The notes under the pieces are model-generated. The model ran no database searches. It was not told the origin of the DNA and worked only from the letters and a program-made list of their open reading frames with translations. Shown piece by piece: positions 23,759-35,975 of a stretch of 64,000 bases of DNA (its first letter is position 1; the number at the start of each line of letters is the position of its first letter). The position numbers and the translations under genes are program-made. This DNA is from Guillardia theta CCMP2712 (lineage: Eukaryota > Protista > Cryptophyta), in contig NW_005434630.1 of NCBI RefSeq assembly GCF_000315625.1, positions 372,001-436,000 on the forward strand. The letters are read 5' to 3'.

Positions 23759-24438
23759 GGGGGGACGTGGGAGAAGTTGAGACTAGGACACTGAGAAAAA
23801 TGAGGAGGGAAGCAAGAAAGGAGAACGGGAGGACAGCAGAGGAAGCAGGTAAACAAATGCCAGTGAGCAAGACTAAGAGGAGAAGTGTGGAAGAAATGTC
23901 ATGAAGCGCGCATGTATGATATAGGAACGATGGCCTGATGGAAGAGATCATGGGGACAGGACATACTATGCGATTCATTCAGGACGGCCCTTTGATGGAG
24001 CGTCATGCACTCTTCTTGGGTGAGTGAGGATGCTCACTGTGAGGATGGGGGATATATCGCAGAGGTGTTCATGTTTGTTCTTCCATGTTTGATCATGATG
24101 ATACACTAAATGAAATAATTAGCAGACAACTGCATTATGAGATGAATCACTAGACTGTCATTTGACATGATTTCCATGCTCTTACAAATGCAGAAGCCAT
24201 TCTTCTGGTTGTGAACTGGACAAACCTCTCCAAGATCATGCATAACGACCAACACGTTGATAGAATCACAGGACGTCACAAGGCGCTGTGCTCTTGGTAG
24301 AAATGTGTTAACGATCGCTCTGATAGACCAAGATGATGCAAACGCCTTGAAAACTTCGCACACACAATCACTCATGGAAAAACAGCGAGAGTATCTTTTG
24401 ATAGGACGACATGTACCCAGGTTGGAGAGAGACAGACA

Positions 24439-24620
24439 GGAGACAGAGACAGAGACAGAGACAGAGACAGAGACAGAGACAGAGACAGAGACAGAGACAG
24501 AGACAGAGACAGAGACAGAGACAGAGACAGAGACAGAGACAGAGACAGAGACAGAGACAGAGACAGAGACAGAGACAGAGACAGAGACAGAGACAGAGAC
24601 AGGAGACAGAGACAGGAGAC
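24439..24620. repeat. (GAGACA)n hexanucleotide microsatellite
   Basis: About 27 perfect units followed by degenerate copies. Confidence 0.95.
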
Positions 24621-24751
24621 AGAGAGGAACATAGGGTGGGTAGTGGTTCCAAGGAGAATGGAAGGGGTGGATAGATAGTGAAATGGCTGGTGTGAGGGAG
24701 GGTAGGGTGGGTACTAAGTAGTGGGCCCCCACTTGTCATTGGACGGCGGCT

Positions 24752-25654
24752 ATGACGGCTGGGCGAGAAGAAGACGACGGCGAACAAATGGCAGCCAACG
24801 GAGGAGGAGGAAGAGGAGGAGGAGGAGATAGCGGTGAAGTTGACGAGGGAAGAGACGACACGTTGGAAGATGACGACCTTCCTGTACCGTCAGTACCATC
24901 CTTCCCACCCAATATGCGACTGCCCACCCCCTCCCCCCCTGCAGGGTATCGGCCTCCCCCTCCTCCGCTTCCAGAAGAGCTTGCAGTTGGGCCCAAGCTC
25001 ACTCTCGGAGACCCAACGATCACTCTGGGGTTCAACACCAACGTGGTACACGTGGCGCAGATTCCATCGCTCGATGCCCAGCCCGTGCAAGCAGAACCAT
25101 CACACCTGATCAACTCCGTTCACAGCAGCGCGGTTTCGCACCAAGTCGCGGTGCCGACAGCAGTACCCTTTGTCAATGGCAGGTGGGCGAAGCACTTGTG
25201 CAGCTGCTCCTGCGGACTCTGCGTGTGTTGTGCCGTGACCTTCTGCTTCTGTATCACCATTGGCCAACTATGGGAAAGAGTAATGAAGGCCCCGGGAGCA
25301 TGCAAGACTATCTCTATCGGTCTATGGAGCTTGTGTGTTGTCATCTTCATCTTTGGGAGCATATCAGACGGGGGAGTTGGAGAGGTGTATGAAATTTTCT
25401 CAACCCTCACTGGAGCTGCCAACTTTGCATTGCTTATCACCGTAACGATATTAGTTTGTTACATCAGGGAACGCAGTCGCAGGGAGTACAAGATCGCTCC
25501 CCATTGCTGTGGAGATTGTGAAGACTGCTGCTGTGCTCTTTGCTGCAATGTTTGTACGCAATGCCAGATATTTTACCAAGAGGGATTTCCTCATTCAAAA
25601 TCATACTTGCTGTATCAGCCTACAGGTGAAGATCAAGGTTCTTTGACTGTGTAA
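24752..25654 (+). CDS. PLAC8-family Cys-rich membrane protein
   Basis: W..HLCSC..CCAVTFCFCITIGQ, RERSRREYKI...GDCEDCCCALCCNVCTQCQI and a Pro-rich N-terminus. Intronless. Confidence 0.85.
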   Translation: MTAGREEDDGEQMAANGGGGRGGGGDSGEVDEGRDDTLEDDDLPVPSVPSFPPNMRLPTPSPPAGYRPPPPPLPEELAVGPKLTLGDPTITLGFNTNVVHVAQIPSLDAQPVQAEPSHLINSVHSSAVSHQVAVPTAVPFVNGRWAKHLCSCSCGLCVCCAVTFCFCITIGQLWERVMKAPGACKTISIGLWSLCVVIFIFGSISDGGVGEVYEIFSTLTGAANFALLITVTILVCYIRERSRREYKIAPHCCGDCEDCCCALCCNVCTQCQIFYQEGFPHSKSYLLYQPTGEDQGSLTV

Positions 25655-26634
25655 TATCTCCGGTGTACCGAATTTCATTATTTTGTGGTTTATAATATGT
25701 GCATCGATTCGTGTCGAGCTGCCTTGCATGATTACTGTAAAAGGAACACAACTTTAAAACGACTCGACACGGACATACAATATGTTTGCTGGGCTTTATT
25801 TTCTGCATTTTCTTCTCTTTGAAATATCTGATTTGTCTTAGCTTATCATTTTTTCGTTAAAAATAATTCAGATTGAAAAACTTCGCTGTCAGACACGTAT
25901 CTCTGGTTTATCGTCACTTCTACCTTGCATTTCAATACTCATGTGCTGGAACAGTTGTGGGTGCCCCTTTCTTTCCCACGGCTCGCATTCGCACAACCTC
26001 AGCCCAAAATCTCCACCGTCTCGAATCTATGCCAAAAGATCCCCCGTCTCCTTTCCATCGCCGGGAAACGGTCACTGGTGCACATATAGCAAGATCATAG
26101 TGTGGAAGGGAAAGGCGATCAAATGCAGACAAGAAGGCGAACTTCCATCCTTGAAATTTGTTCGCTTTTATCCTTTTTGTTGCGCATCCTCCCTCTCTAC
26201 TCTTACTTTCTTTCGCCCGGCTTCCTTTTCACGTACCTCTACCGATTGAATACCGTGAATTCCCTTCTATTCCTGCTCCCTTTCCCGCCTCACATCCTCT
26301 TTGCCTCTCCCGATCTCCCGTTTTGCTCCTTCCATCACCATCTCTTCCTCTCCCGCCTCTTCCGCCTCTTCCACGCTCTCCATCCCTCACTTTTCGCCCT
26401 CGTCCATCCTGTATGTACAGCATGATGTTTATCGCCCCCTCCTCCCCGCTCAGCCACCCGATACTCATAAAGGGCTCGTCCAGAGGGGTGGGGAGCGCAA
26501 GTAGGGGTGGTCAATGACGTATTTTTGGTACACCTTGTCTCTATGAATGACGGGTGTCCAATATTTTCAGGGGGTATGTGGATGGGGTGGGAAGAGGGGA
26601 TATAAGGACTTTCGTCAGCAGAAGCAGCTCAAAC

Positions 26635-27804
26635 ATGCTGGCGAGAGCGGCATTGATCGGCGCATGCCTTGCGATGACAGAGGGCTTCAGCCCCTCCTTC
26701 ACCACTGGAAGGTAAGTTGAACTGAGGAGGAGGAGGAGGAGGAGGAGGAGGGTGTGCATAACAGTGAGGGGGAGTTATGTGACCGTCTCCCCATCGGAGG
26801 CTGGTGCAGGGGATTTCTAATTCTGGGGCTGTTGTGAATACCTTGACCATCATGCTGACTGTGTCGGAGCAGGACCCTTGGACTTCGTGCCGGTGCTCGT
26901 GCTCATGCTCAGGGAGTTCAGATCGCTCGCTGCCAGCAGAAGCGTGAGGCCGGAGAGTCTGTTGCCGAGTATGAGAACAGGCTGGAGAGCTTTCGCAGAA
27001 CCGCCACTGCTGCTGTTCCCTCTGGATTGCTTCTCAGCCAGCTTGCGTTCCCCTTTCAAGAAGCAGCGGCAAAGGGAGCTGAATATGGCTTGTTGGAAGG
27101 AAAGGCTGTTGCCTTGATCCACCCTGCCATCATGATCGCTCTCTACGGATTCACTTTGTTCACTGGCTACCAGGGTCTGATGTGGAGGAAAATCAGGGAG
27201 CTCGGGGATGAGATGAAGCCTCTCCAGGACGAGGCCAGGAAGCTCAAGGCTGAGATCGAATCCCTGACTGCTGCTGAGAAACCGACCTCCTCCGTTGAAA
27301 GCAAGCTCAAGAGCGTCGAGAAGGAGCTCGAGACCATGACCGAGGAGCGCAAGAAGCTTCTTGCCGGTGGATACAGGGACAAGCACTTTGCTCTTGCCTC
27401 CCTCCTCCTCGCATCTGGCGTCACCTTCTCCATCGAGGGATGCTTTGACACCTACTTCCGCACCGGCAAGCTCTTCCCCGGCCCTCACTTGTTCGCTGGA
27501 GCTGGCATCACCGTGCTTTGGGCCATCGCCGCTTCCTTGGTTCCTGAGATGCAGAAGGGCAACCAGAACGCCAGGAGGTCAGACGTCTCCTCTCTGCTCT
27601 TGAGAACTTCCTGATTTCTTCTCCCCAGCATGCACATCGGAATCAACGCCATCATCCTCGGCCTCTTCACTTGGCAGGTGAGTGCATCGAACTACCTCCT
27701 GCTCACCCTCCTGTTTACAAGCTGTGCAGATCCCCACTGGATGGAAGATTCTGGACAATGTGTTGAACAAGGTTCCCTGGGTTCCTGTGCCACCCCCGGT
27801 TTAA
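26635..27804 (+). CDS. Plastid-targeted DUF4079 membrane protein
   Basis: Signal peptide MLARAALIGACLAMTEG|F followed by a transit-like region, ALIHPAIM, RDKHFALASLLL, GKLFPGPHLFAG, MQKGN..AR.MHIGIN and WQIPTG. TATAAG at 26601. Confidence 0.85.
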
Positions 27805-27939
27805 GATCGGATGCTGGTGGTTGTTGAAACCTCAGAGTCCATGTAGTGAGGGTGTAAAAGTTGAAAAGTACAGGAAAAGCTTCAAATTGTTCTTTTTATA
27901 CCGGAATGGGAGGCATACTAAATTGATGAGACTTCATAG

Positions 27940-28245
27940 AGTCACGCTACTGAGTCAACTGGCTCAGCCGGGCCCGGCCACCGTCCGGCCGGGTGGCCGC
28001 ACGGGCGGCGCCGCCGGCCGCGAGCCGGCGGCGGCCGGTACGACGGTACGCGTCTCGGATCGGAGACCTCACCGTGAGGCACCCGGTTACTACTACTGAG
28101 TCCACTGGGAGCTGACTGGTGGGACCGGGAGCTCGGATTCCCGAGTCCCGCCGCCGCCGCCCGGCCGCCGCCGCCCGTCACGGCGTGCCGCGAGTCTGGC
28201 TGAATCCCGGCGACTGAAAAACTCGGACAGCCTGAGCCTGGCAGC
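27940..28245. promoter_or_regulatory. GC-rich CCGG/GGCC island (copy 2)
   Basis: TGAGTCA at 27951, GAGTCAACTG shared with the 8.1 kb island, and dense CCGG. Confidence 0.5.
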
Positions 28246-28431
28246 GCGGCAAACAAAGAAGGACGAGGAAAGAGCCTACAAACCCGCCTCAATAAAATAC
28301 TAGGAAACAAAATGGGCAGCGAAAAACGCTCAGCGGCTACTCCAACCACATACAGTCAGCATACAGTCTTCAGTCTTGTGGCAGCAAAGATTATGAGGGG
28401 GATGAGTGATCATCTTTGAAGCCTGTGTCGA

Positions 28432-29233
28432 ATGGCCTCGGGCAGCGGTGAAAGGTCGCGCAAGAAGAGGAGGAGGGCGAGCTCAAATGAGATGGAGGGA
28501 GTGCGAGGAGAGGAGAGCGAAGAGGATGAGATAACGAGCGAGCGACCAAAGACGAAGAATCTATGCGAGCATGGGCTGAAGCGATCACAATGCAAGGACT
28601 GCATAGGGGGCAGCCCATGCGAACACGGGCGGCAGCGATCACAATGCAAGGAGTGCGGGGGCAGCAGCATATGCGAGCACGGGCGGCAGCGATCGGGATG
28701 CAAGGACTGGGGGGGGGGGGGGGGCATATGCGAGCACAGGCGAATCCGATCACAATGCAAGGACTGCGGGGGAGGGGGCATATGCGAGCACGGGCGAATC
28801 CGATCACAATGCAAGGACTGCGGGGGAAGCGGCATATGCAAGCATCGGCGGCAGCGATCACGATGCAAGGACTGCGGGGGAGGGAGCATATGCGAGCACG
28901 GGCGCCAGAGATCACAATGCAAGGACTGCGGGGGAGGGAGCATATGCGAGCACGGGCGGCAGAGATCACAATGCAAGGACTGCGGGGGAAGCGGAATATG
29001 CGAGCACGGGCGGCGGAGATCATCAATGCAAGGACTGCGGGGGAGGGGGCATATGCGAGCACGGGCGGCGGCGATCGCAATGCAAGGACTGCGGGGGGGG
29101 GGGAGGCATATGCGAGCACGGGCGGCAGCGATCACAATGCAAGGACTGCGGGGGAGGGAGCATATGCGAGCACGGCCGCATCCGATCGTCATGCAAGGAC
29201 TGCGGGGGAGGGAGCTCGGAATGTTTAGAGTAA
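28432..29233 (+). pseudogene. CEHGRxRSQCKDCGG zinc-repeat protein (12 x 18 aa), with a 1-nt frameshift near 29023
   Basis: 54-bp tandem repeat at 28564-29215. Unit 9 reads GATCATCAATGC instead of GATCACAATGC, which shifts the last units out of frame (pseudogene or sequencing error). Confidence 0.75.
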
Positions 29234-30101
29234 ATTTTGTTCTCGTGGTTTTTGAGGTGGATTTCCACAGTCCGATCCCGGCGAGTGCTTGACGAGGTGG
29301 CGCGGGCTGGTGGATTGGACCATTTCAATAGATAAACTTGAATCGGCACAAGGTAGCCATGATTCCGCTCTGTTCCGAATGGCCATTCCATCCCTTCTCT
29401 CTTATCTTCTCTCTCCTCACTCGGACACTCTTATCTTATTCTCTATCTCTCTTGATTGCATCCGCTCGCTATGCATCTCCCTTATCTCTGTGCTTAGTGC
29501 ACATGCGAGTAATAGCCCTGCATGAAAATCTTCTTGAGAATGGACAACTTGGCAATCCTTGAACGGTTATTGCCCACTCAGCATAACTGTGAACTTGACG
29601 CAGACGGTCTCATCGTATCTTGACTTGGAACTCTGCTGACATTCTCTTGTTTGTGTGACTTTCTGACCTCCGATGTAATGTACTATTTCAGAAACTCGGG
29701 GGGAGGATGGATCGTATGCCAGCCGTGCCAGTCAGATAGCGCCGAGTTAACAAAAACTCTCTTGTAAACCAAGACGAGCCTTACGTGTTTCAAGGGCGGG
29801 CGGCAATGTAGGCACAGTGATCGGAAGAGCATTGAAACACCCTGAAGACTTCTGACCAGACTCTGATTGCTGCCCGCCGCGATCCAGAAGTAGCTCTAGT
29901 TATGCATTGTTTTTCCTTTCCGAAGATGAATCATGAATTTTCAACAGCAACGAAACAATACATACCCAGATAGAAAAACTCCAACTAAACCAAACATAGT
30001 GTGACAGCCTTCAGTCAAAACGATTGAGCACTGCATGTAATCGAGGCTCATAACCGACGGAGCACAAGTTTGTTAGCCTAGTAGGCTTGTACTGGTCTGC
30101 T

Positions 30102-30230
30102 GGAGCCCGGCCTGGGCGAGTCCGAGTCTGGAGCCGCTGGTAGCGGCCGGGTCACGTCACGGTTGCTGCAGGTCACGTTGCAAGTTGTCTGCCTGAGTCA
30201 GAGTCACGTTGCATGGGCCAGTCCCGGCGA
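30102..30230. promoter_or_regulatory. GC-rich island (copy 3)
   Basis: CCCGGCC, GAGTCCGAGTC, GTCACGTCAC and TGAGTCA at 30194, upstream of the GH99 gene. Confidence 0.4.
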
Positions 30231-30343
30231 CGTTCAACGGTGAACTTCGGAACTTTGAACGGTTGTCTGAACGGTTGCAGGAACGGTTGTCGCCAGGCCT
30301 GGTCAGAGTGGAGATGAGGGGTATTGGAATTCGATACACTGCC

Positions 30344-30418
30344 ATGGCGTGGAAGCTTCAGATGTTCTGGTGGGCGGTGGCTGGAATTTTGGTGATGGCT
30401 GTTAGCTCCTCCTCCTCC

Positions 30419-30489
<71 letters not shown>

Positions 30490-31896
30490 TCCGAGCTCTC
30501 CCGTTCAGGAGGCATTCGAATCCCGTCGCGTCCATGCTTTCTTCTATCTCTGGTCAGTGAGTGTCATGCATCTGTACCGGAAGCTTCTTCATGCTCTGAG
30601 CTCCTGTTACAGGTATGGGACACCGGAAGTCGATGGCCAGTGGCAGCACTGGAACCACGAGGTCCTCCCGCACTGGGACGCGTCAAAGAGGACGAGGTTT
30701 CCGTCAATGATCCGATTCAACCCCCCCGAGGATGTGCACTCCCCCTTTTATCCTATGAGGGGATGCTACAGCAGCAGAAACAGGAGTGTCATCACACAGC
30801 AGCTGCAGGAGCTCAAGGAGAACGGGATCGGAGTCGTCGTCCTCAGCTGGTCAGGTCGCCCTGACCTGCCGGGCACCCACGACACGCAAGGCATCCGCAC
30901 CGATGACTTGATCGAGCTCGTCCTCGATGTCGCCCAAAATGTCGACATGAAAGTCTCCCTGCACCTCGAGCCGTACGAGAACCGCACGGCCTTCTCAGTC
31001 CGAGAGGATCTGGTCTACTTGGCTGAAAAGTTCTCCACACACCCCGCCATGTTCCGCATGCCTTCAACTGACCTGCCCTTGTACTACGTCTACGACAGCT
31101 ATCGAGTCCCCGTGAGCGAGTGGATTCAGGTCCTGCGGCCCAACAGGCCGCAGACGATCCGTGGCACGAGCGCGGACGGGTGCGTGGTAGGACTGTGGCT
31201 GGACAGTCACCATGGGCACGAGCTGGTGGACTCGGGCTTCGATGGGGCGTACACCTACTTCGCTTCCGACGGCTTCACCTTCGGATCTTCGGTGGCCAAC
31301 TGGAGGTCGATGTCCAAGTTCTCTCTAGGTTCCTCCCTGACTTGCGAGGAGGAGGGCCGGGGCTGAGTCTCATCCGCCGCAGAGCGCAACTTCCTCTTCA
31401 TCCCGAGCGTGGGCCCGGGATACGACGACAGCAAGATCAGGCCATGGAATCGAGAGAACCAGTAGATGCCGTATACCATCGGGTAAGAGACTGATGGTCT
31501 TAATGGCAGGAAGCCAAGGAGAGACGGAGCTTACTATGACAAGATGTGGCAGTCCGCCGTAGCGGGTCAGCCGGAGTTCGTATCGATCACGAGCTACAAC
31601 GAATGGGGGGAGGGCACACAGATCGAGCCGGCAGTACCCAAGGCTGTCGACCTTGAGCATGCGCTAGACGAGACTACTCGAGCTCAGCTGGGGTTGGAGG
31701 TGAGGAGTGATGCGGAGGACTGTAGCGGTGACTTGATACCATGCAGAGCTCGTATGAGAGCTATGAGCCGCATGATCCCTTCTTCTACCTCAACCGGACT
31801 GCATACTGGTCTGCTTTCTTCGTGGAGCAAGACTACGCTCCCTTCCATCATGTCAAGCATGAAAAGCCGACGCATCCACACTTGCAGGAGTTGTGA
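30344..31896 (+). CDS. GH99 endo-alpha-mannosidase (MANEA-like)
   Basis: VHAFFYLW|YGTP, WQHWNHEVLPHW, FYPMRGCYSS, LHLEPY, FDGAYTYFASDGF, IPSVGPGYDD, catalytic YNEWGEGTQIE. N-terminal signal and poly-Ser from (TCA)n at 30418-30489. Confidence 0.92.
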
Positions 31897-31988
31897 AGAA
31901 TCTCTCTTTGTACATTACAAACATGTCTTCGACATGCTTCCTACCCTCCCTTCTCTCACATCGGCCCCGATCCCTTCCTTCCACTCCC

Positions 31989-33236
31989 TCAAACCGTATA
32001 GTGCCGCTTGAACTTCGCGCCAGCTTCGCGGAACGAGTTGAGGGAGGAAGGGCCGAACTTGGTGCTCGCCTTCGCCGTCATGCCCCTCACAAAAGCCTTC
32101 AGGTCGTTCTCACGGATGACATCTCCTCTCACCTGCACCATCACTCGATCATCAGCTTCCCCCTCGCTCCGTCCACATCCCCAACTCACCACGGCAGCGC
32201 CGAGTCCCTCTTTGCCTCCCATCTGACGAACTTCTCCCTCCAGCCCGAAGGAGGCTGTGAGCAGCTCTTCTCCGACCGAGACGCATCCAAAACCAGCATC
32301 GCGCAGCCTCCAGGCGTCCTGAAACTCCTGCACGCCGCCCATGGCTATGACTACTTCCGCCTTCCCCTTGTGCTCTGCAAGCTTCAGAGCTTCCTCGATG
32401 CCAAGTAACTTGCTGTCCACCGCCAAAACGGACGCCCCTGATGATTCAGCAGCTTGCAGCTCCTCTTGGCTGGAGCATAAGACGACCTGTCGGCGTCACA
32501 TCAGCCCATGGCACAAGATCGACATATGCTGCTCACCGGCTCTAGGCCTTCCTTCTTCGACAGCTCCACCATCCCATTCAACCTCTCCTGGAGGTTGGCG
32601 ACAGATAGCAGAACTCCCGCTGCTCCTGCTGCAGACAGCTTTGTGATGTCCTCCTCCTTGGTGAAAGAGCCACATGCCAGCACAGGACATGGGCCTGGAA
32701 AGTTTCCTTTGAAGGACTGCTGGGCGACAACAGCCTTCTTGAGGTCTGAGAGGGTACAGCCATACATCTCCTCATCCACCCAAACGCTGATGGCATTCAC
32801 CTATAAAGGAGGTCATACAAAGGTTGCCATCAGAGCTGGCAGGCTTCACCTTGGCGTTGGTCAGAGCTTGCGAGAAGTCCATGATCGAGGGGATCGAGAA
32901 CTTCTTGGCGGATCCGGGGCTCTTCCTCTTGATTGCTGCCATGATGGAGATGCTTCCTGCCGGCTTCTTGATCGCCTTAAGAAACTTGACACGGAGCTTG
33001 GAGGCATCTCCCTCCTCCCCAGCTGCCACCTCCACCTTCGAGACCTGGTCGCCAGTCCACCGGTTCGCACCCATGGCAAGGTTCATGGGGCATCTGGTAA
33101 GGAAGGAGACAGCAAAATGTCGGCGGAGCTGCGATCTGCCGTGCTGAGCAAAGTTCGCATGATGAGGTGTGAGGAGGAAAGCATCGGCGCTCATGGCAGC
33201 CATCGCCATCATCGCCAGCGCCCATTGCGCCGCCAT
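31989..33236 (-). CDS. Plastid-targeted indole-3-glycerol-phosphate synthase-like protein (catalytic residues substituted)
   Basis: Signal MAAQWALAMMAMAAMSADA|F, then IMAAIKRKSP, AISVWVDEEMYGCTLSDL, AGAAGVLL, GLEP|VV and AGFGCVSVGEEL, in TIM-barrel TrpC order. Two introns. Confidence 0.8.
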
Positions 33237-33351
33237 GCCGTCCGGAGGCCGAACCTTCCGTGATTCGATCAGGTTTCGACGGGTCCTCATAAATATTTCA
33301 GCTACATTTGAAATATGATGATGTCATTTCATTCAGGTTGAAGATTCATCA

Positions 33352-34205
33352 ATGAGACTGCAGGCGGCCAAGTGAGGGAGATGGAGAGAGGGGATGGGAG
33401 GGGGGTGGAGGAGGGAGAGGAGGGAGGGAAAGGGGAGAGCGTGACGCTCTACAGCTTCTGGAAGTACAAGAAGGATGCAGGGTCGAAGAGGATAGGTTCC
33501 TGGAGGTTCGAGGTCGGGGAGGAGGTCTTTGTCATCCTTTACTCCGATCGAGACACTGGGAGGGGACATGTTGAGAGCTTCGATGAGAGCGCCGATAGAT
33601 CGTCCGCAGACTTCAAGTACAGGATACGTTATTTGACGGACCAACGGTATGATGTCCGCGTCTCGAGGCTTCTGCCTGTTGTTCAGGGGCAGAGGATTGT
33701 TGTATGCTCGGAGACTCAGGATTTTCGCTACCTGTGCAGGACGCAGGTGAGGAAAAACGATTCGGTTATCGAGATCGGCTGCAGCTACGGCAAGGGAACG
33801 AAGATATTAGCAGAACAAGCAGGAGATTCCTGCGTAGTTGGGACAGATCTCTCTACCGAGGCGTTGGAGGCCGCCAAGAAGGAGTGCAATGTAGCAAACC
33901 TGCTCCGCCTTGATGTAGTCTCCTGCACTGCCGAGGAGAAAGTGGAGAGGCTGAACTTCCTGAATTCTCTTCTTCCTCATCCAGCTCGTGTTGTCTTCCT
34001 CGACATCGGAGGAAACCGCAGCGCTGACGACGTTGTTCAGCTCGTTCCTTTCCTACGGACAGTCATCAGGCCCCATCAAATCATCATCAAAAACCGAGCA
34101 TTGTTTGCCGACCTTGCTAACACCTGCTCCAGTGGAATGTCTGCCATACAGGATGTTCAAACCACCATATTCCAGCTGCCCACCATGCCGAGTGATACAA
34201 CCTGA
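33352..34205 (+). CDS. Class I SAM-dependent methyltransferase-like protein with an N-terminal SH3/Tudor-like beta domain
   Basis: Motif I VIEIGCSYG, VVGTDLS and VVFLDIGGNR. N-terminal FEVGEEVFV...YRIRY beta-rich segment. The start is uncertain (33352 with an intron, or 33381). Confidence 0.75.
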
Positions 34206-34326
34206 TCGAAACACCACAATCCTGACTCACGGCTGTGCGTTTTTTCGTTATATCACAATGCTTTAATACAATTTGTCACAAACACATCAAATCTATGTTC
34301 AACAATTTGTAAGTAATCAATAAAAT

Positions 34327-35033
34327 CTACTGTAGTGACAGCATCTGCACATCAGGCACTGCCAGGATGGCAACATTCTGCGACTTGAAGATCAGGTCGT
34401 TCCTGCAGTGGTGGAGTTTGTGGTCCATCAGCATGCCGTTCCCTTGACCTTCCTCCGTGGTCACTCCAGCCTCCCTCAGCGATCCTATTCTGATCATCGG
34501 CCACTTCCCCGACGGATAGTTCTTGATAGCCATGTGGCAGAACATTCCGGACTCCACAAGCTGGCTGGATCCAGCCACATGAACCCCACCATTGTGCGCA
34601 CTTGCCTTGGGGATGTAGCAGCAGTCATAGTTGGGATGCGCAGTGGCCGTCACGTCAGCCAGCGCCTGCATCTGGGCGAGCTGCTGGGTGGACTGGGAGC
34701 GCATAGAGATTTTCTTCCCTGTGCTCTCGTGAACCCAATGCCTCCCATTCCATACGATGTTCCTGTTGTGAAAATCATCCTCCTTGAACGCGTACAGGTC
34801 CTAAAGCAAGAGACGTGAGCGGACTGGCATGCAAGAGCTAACTCTGCCTGAGAGCTCACCTGCTCGATCCTCCGGTCAGCCTGCCGTAGAGACACTACCA
34901 CCACGCATGCTGCTGCAACTGCCACGAGCCCCAGGACAGGAGCCAGCCTCATCGCCATTGAAACCTTCTTCTCCCTTGATTTCCAGCCATCACCGCTCAC
35001 CTCTCCTCTGACCGTGCCATATGTCGCCGCCAT
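34327..35033 (-). CDS. Small type II membrane protein, lineage-specific hypothetical
   Basis: MAATYGT..., TM segment LAPVLGLVAVAAACVVVVSL, an intron at ~34801-34858, then the frame of ORF 34327-34704. Confidence 0.65.
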
Positions 35034-35099
35034 CGGTCTGACCCCTGTCTGACCCTTCGCAAACCTCTCCCACGGTTATTGCAGTCGTTACTGGCGACC

Positions 35100-35270
35100 A
35101 GGCCGAACTTGAGTCAGACTCTCATCAGTGGGCCGGGCCCGGTGACCGTACTAGGGCCGGGCCGCCGGGGCCCGGCCGGGCCCGGCCCCGGCCAGTGTCA
35201 CGGTGTCGGACCCGGTCGCACTATGACCCCCGGATCGTCGGAACTCGCCGAGTCTGGCGAGTCGGAGATT
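35100..35270. promoter_or_regulatory. GC-rich CCGG/GGCC island (copy 4) in a divergent intergenic region
   Basis: TGAGTCA at 35110, GTGACCGTAC, and tandem GGCCCGGCC. Confidence 0.5.
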
Positions 35271-35975
35271 TTAGAGAGGTGTAAGGGTGGGGTAGTCCGA
35301 GGGGGTGTTCACAGACCCCTCCAAGAAGCCTGCAAGGACCCGGGTGATAAACAGGAATGTCCGACCTTATCAGAGCTCTATCCGACGACTCTCGGAGGTG
35401 AGGGAAGTCGCGGGACCGGTACTGATGAGCGTAGCCTGCAGTGGATAGAGTGGGGTGGGGTATTATCGGATACTGGTGACTTGTCGTGGGCGGCCAGCCT
35501 GGCAGGACCGAACTGCTGGCTGCCCTGTGGGAAAACAGGGGGTGGTCACTGGGGTGGTCATCGCAGTCGTGGGCCTCATTTAGCCGCTTGCCGGCGAGGT
35601 AGGGCCCACTTCAAATAGGGTAGTAGGGTAGGGTAGTAGGGAATGGTAGGGTAGGGGTATAGGGGATGACACACTGTGAAGTGCGAGGTTGCACTAGCTA
35701 GTTGTGCTGTAGGTAGAATAATGGTGGATAAGACGTTGGGTAGAAGCAGGACGGGAAGCTCGACGTCTCCTGATCTGCCAAGGCTTCTTCTACCTCCCTC
35801 CATGGATAGGCGATAGCTTCTTCTACTGCACTCCAGCACTCTCTTGGCTCTGGTACGATGTTGAGCATGCAAGGGGCGATTGATCGGAAGGAAGTGTGCG
35901 TATGAATACCTTTTGTGGATGAGCTTGCCAGCCTTTTCTCAGACGCCAGAGCTCAGGGTGAAGTGAGGCCCTGAC

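Noticed and set aside
23395-24787. ORFs encoding EERRG, ETET and SLSL repeats
   Set aside because: Translations of microsatellites that are open in many frames.
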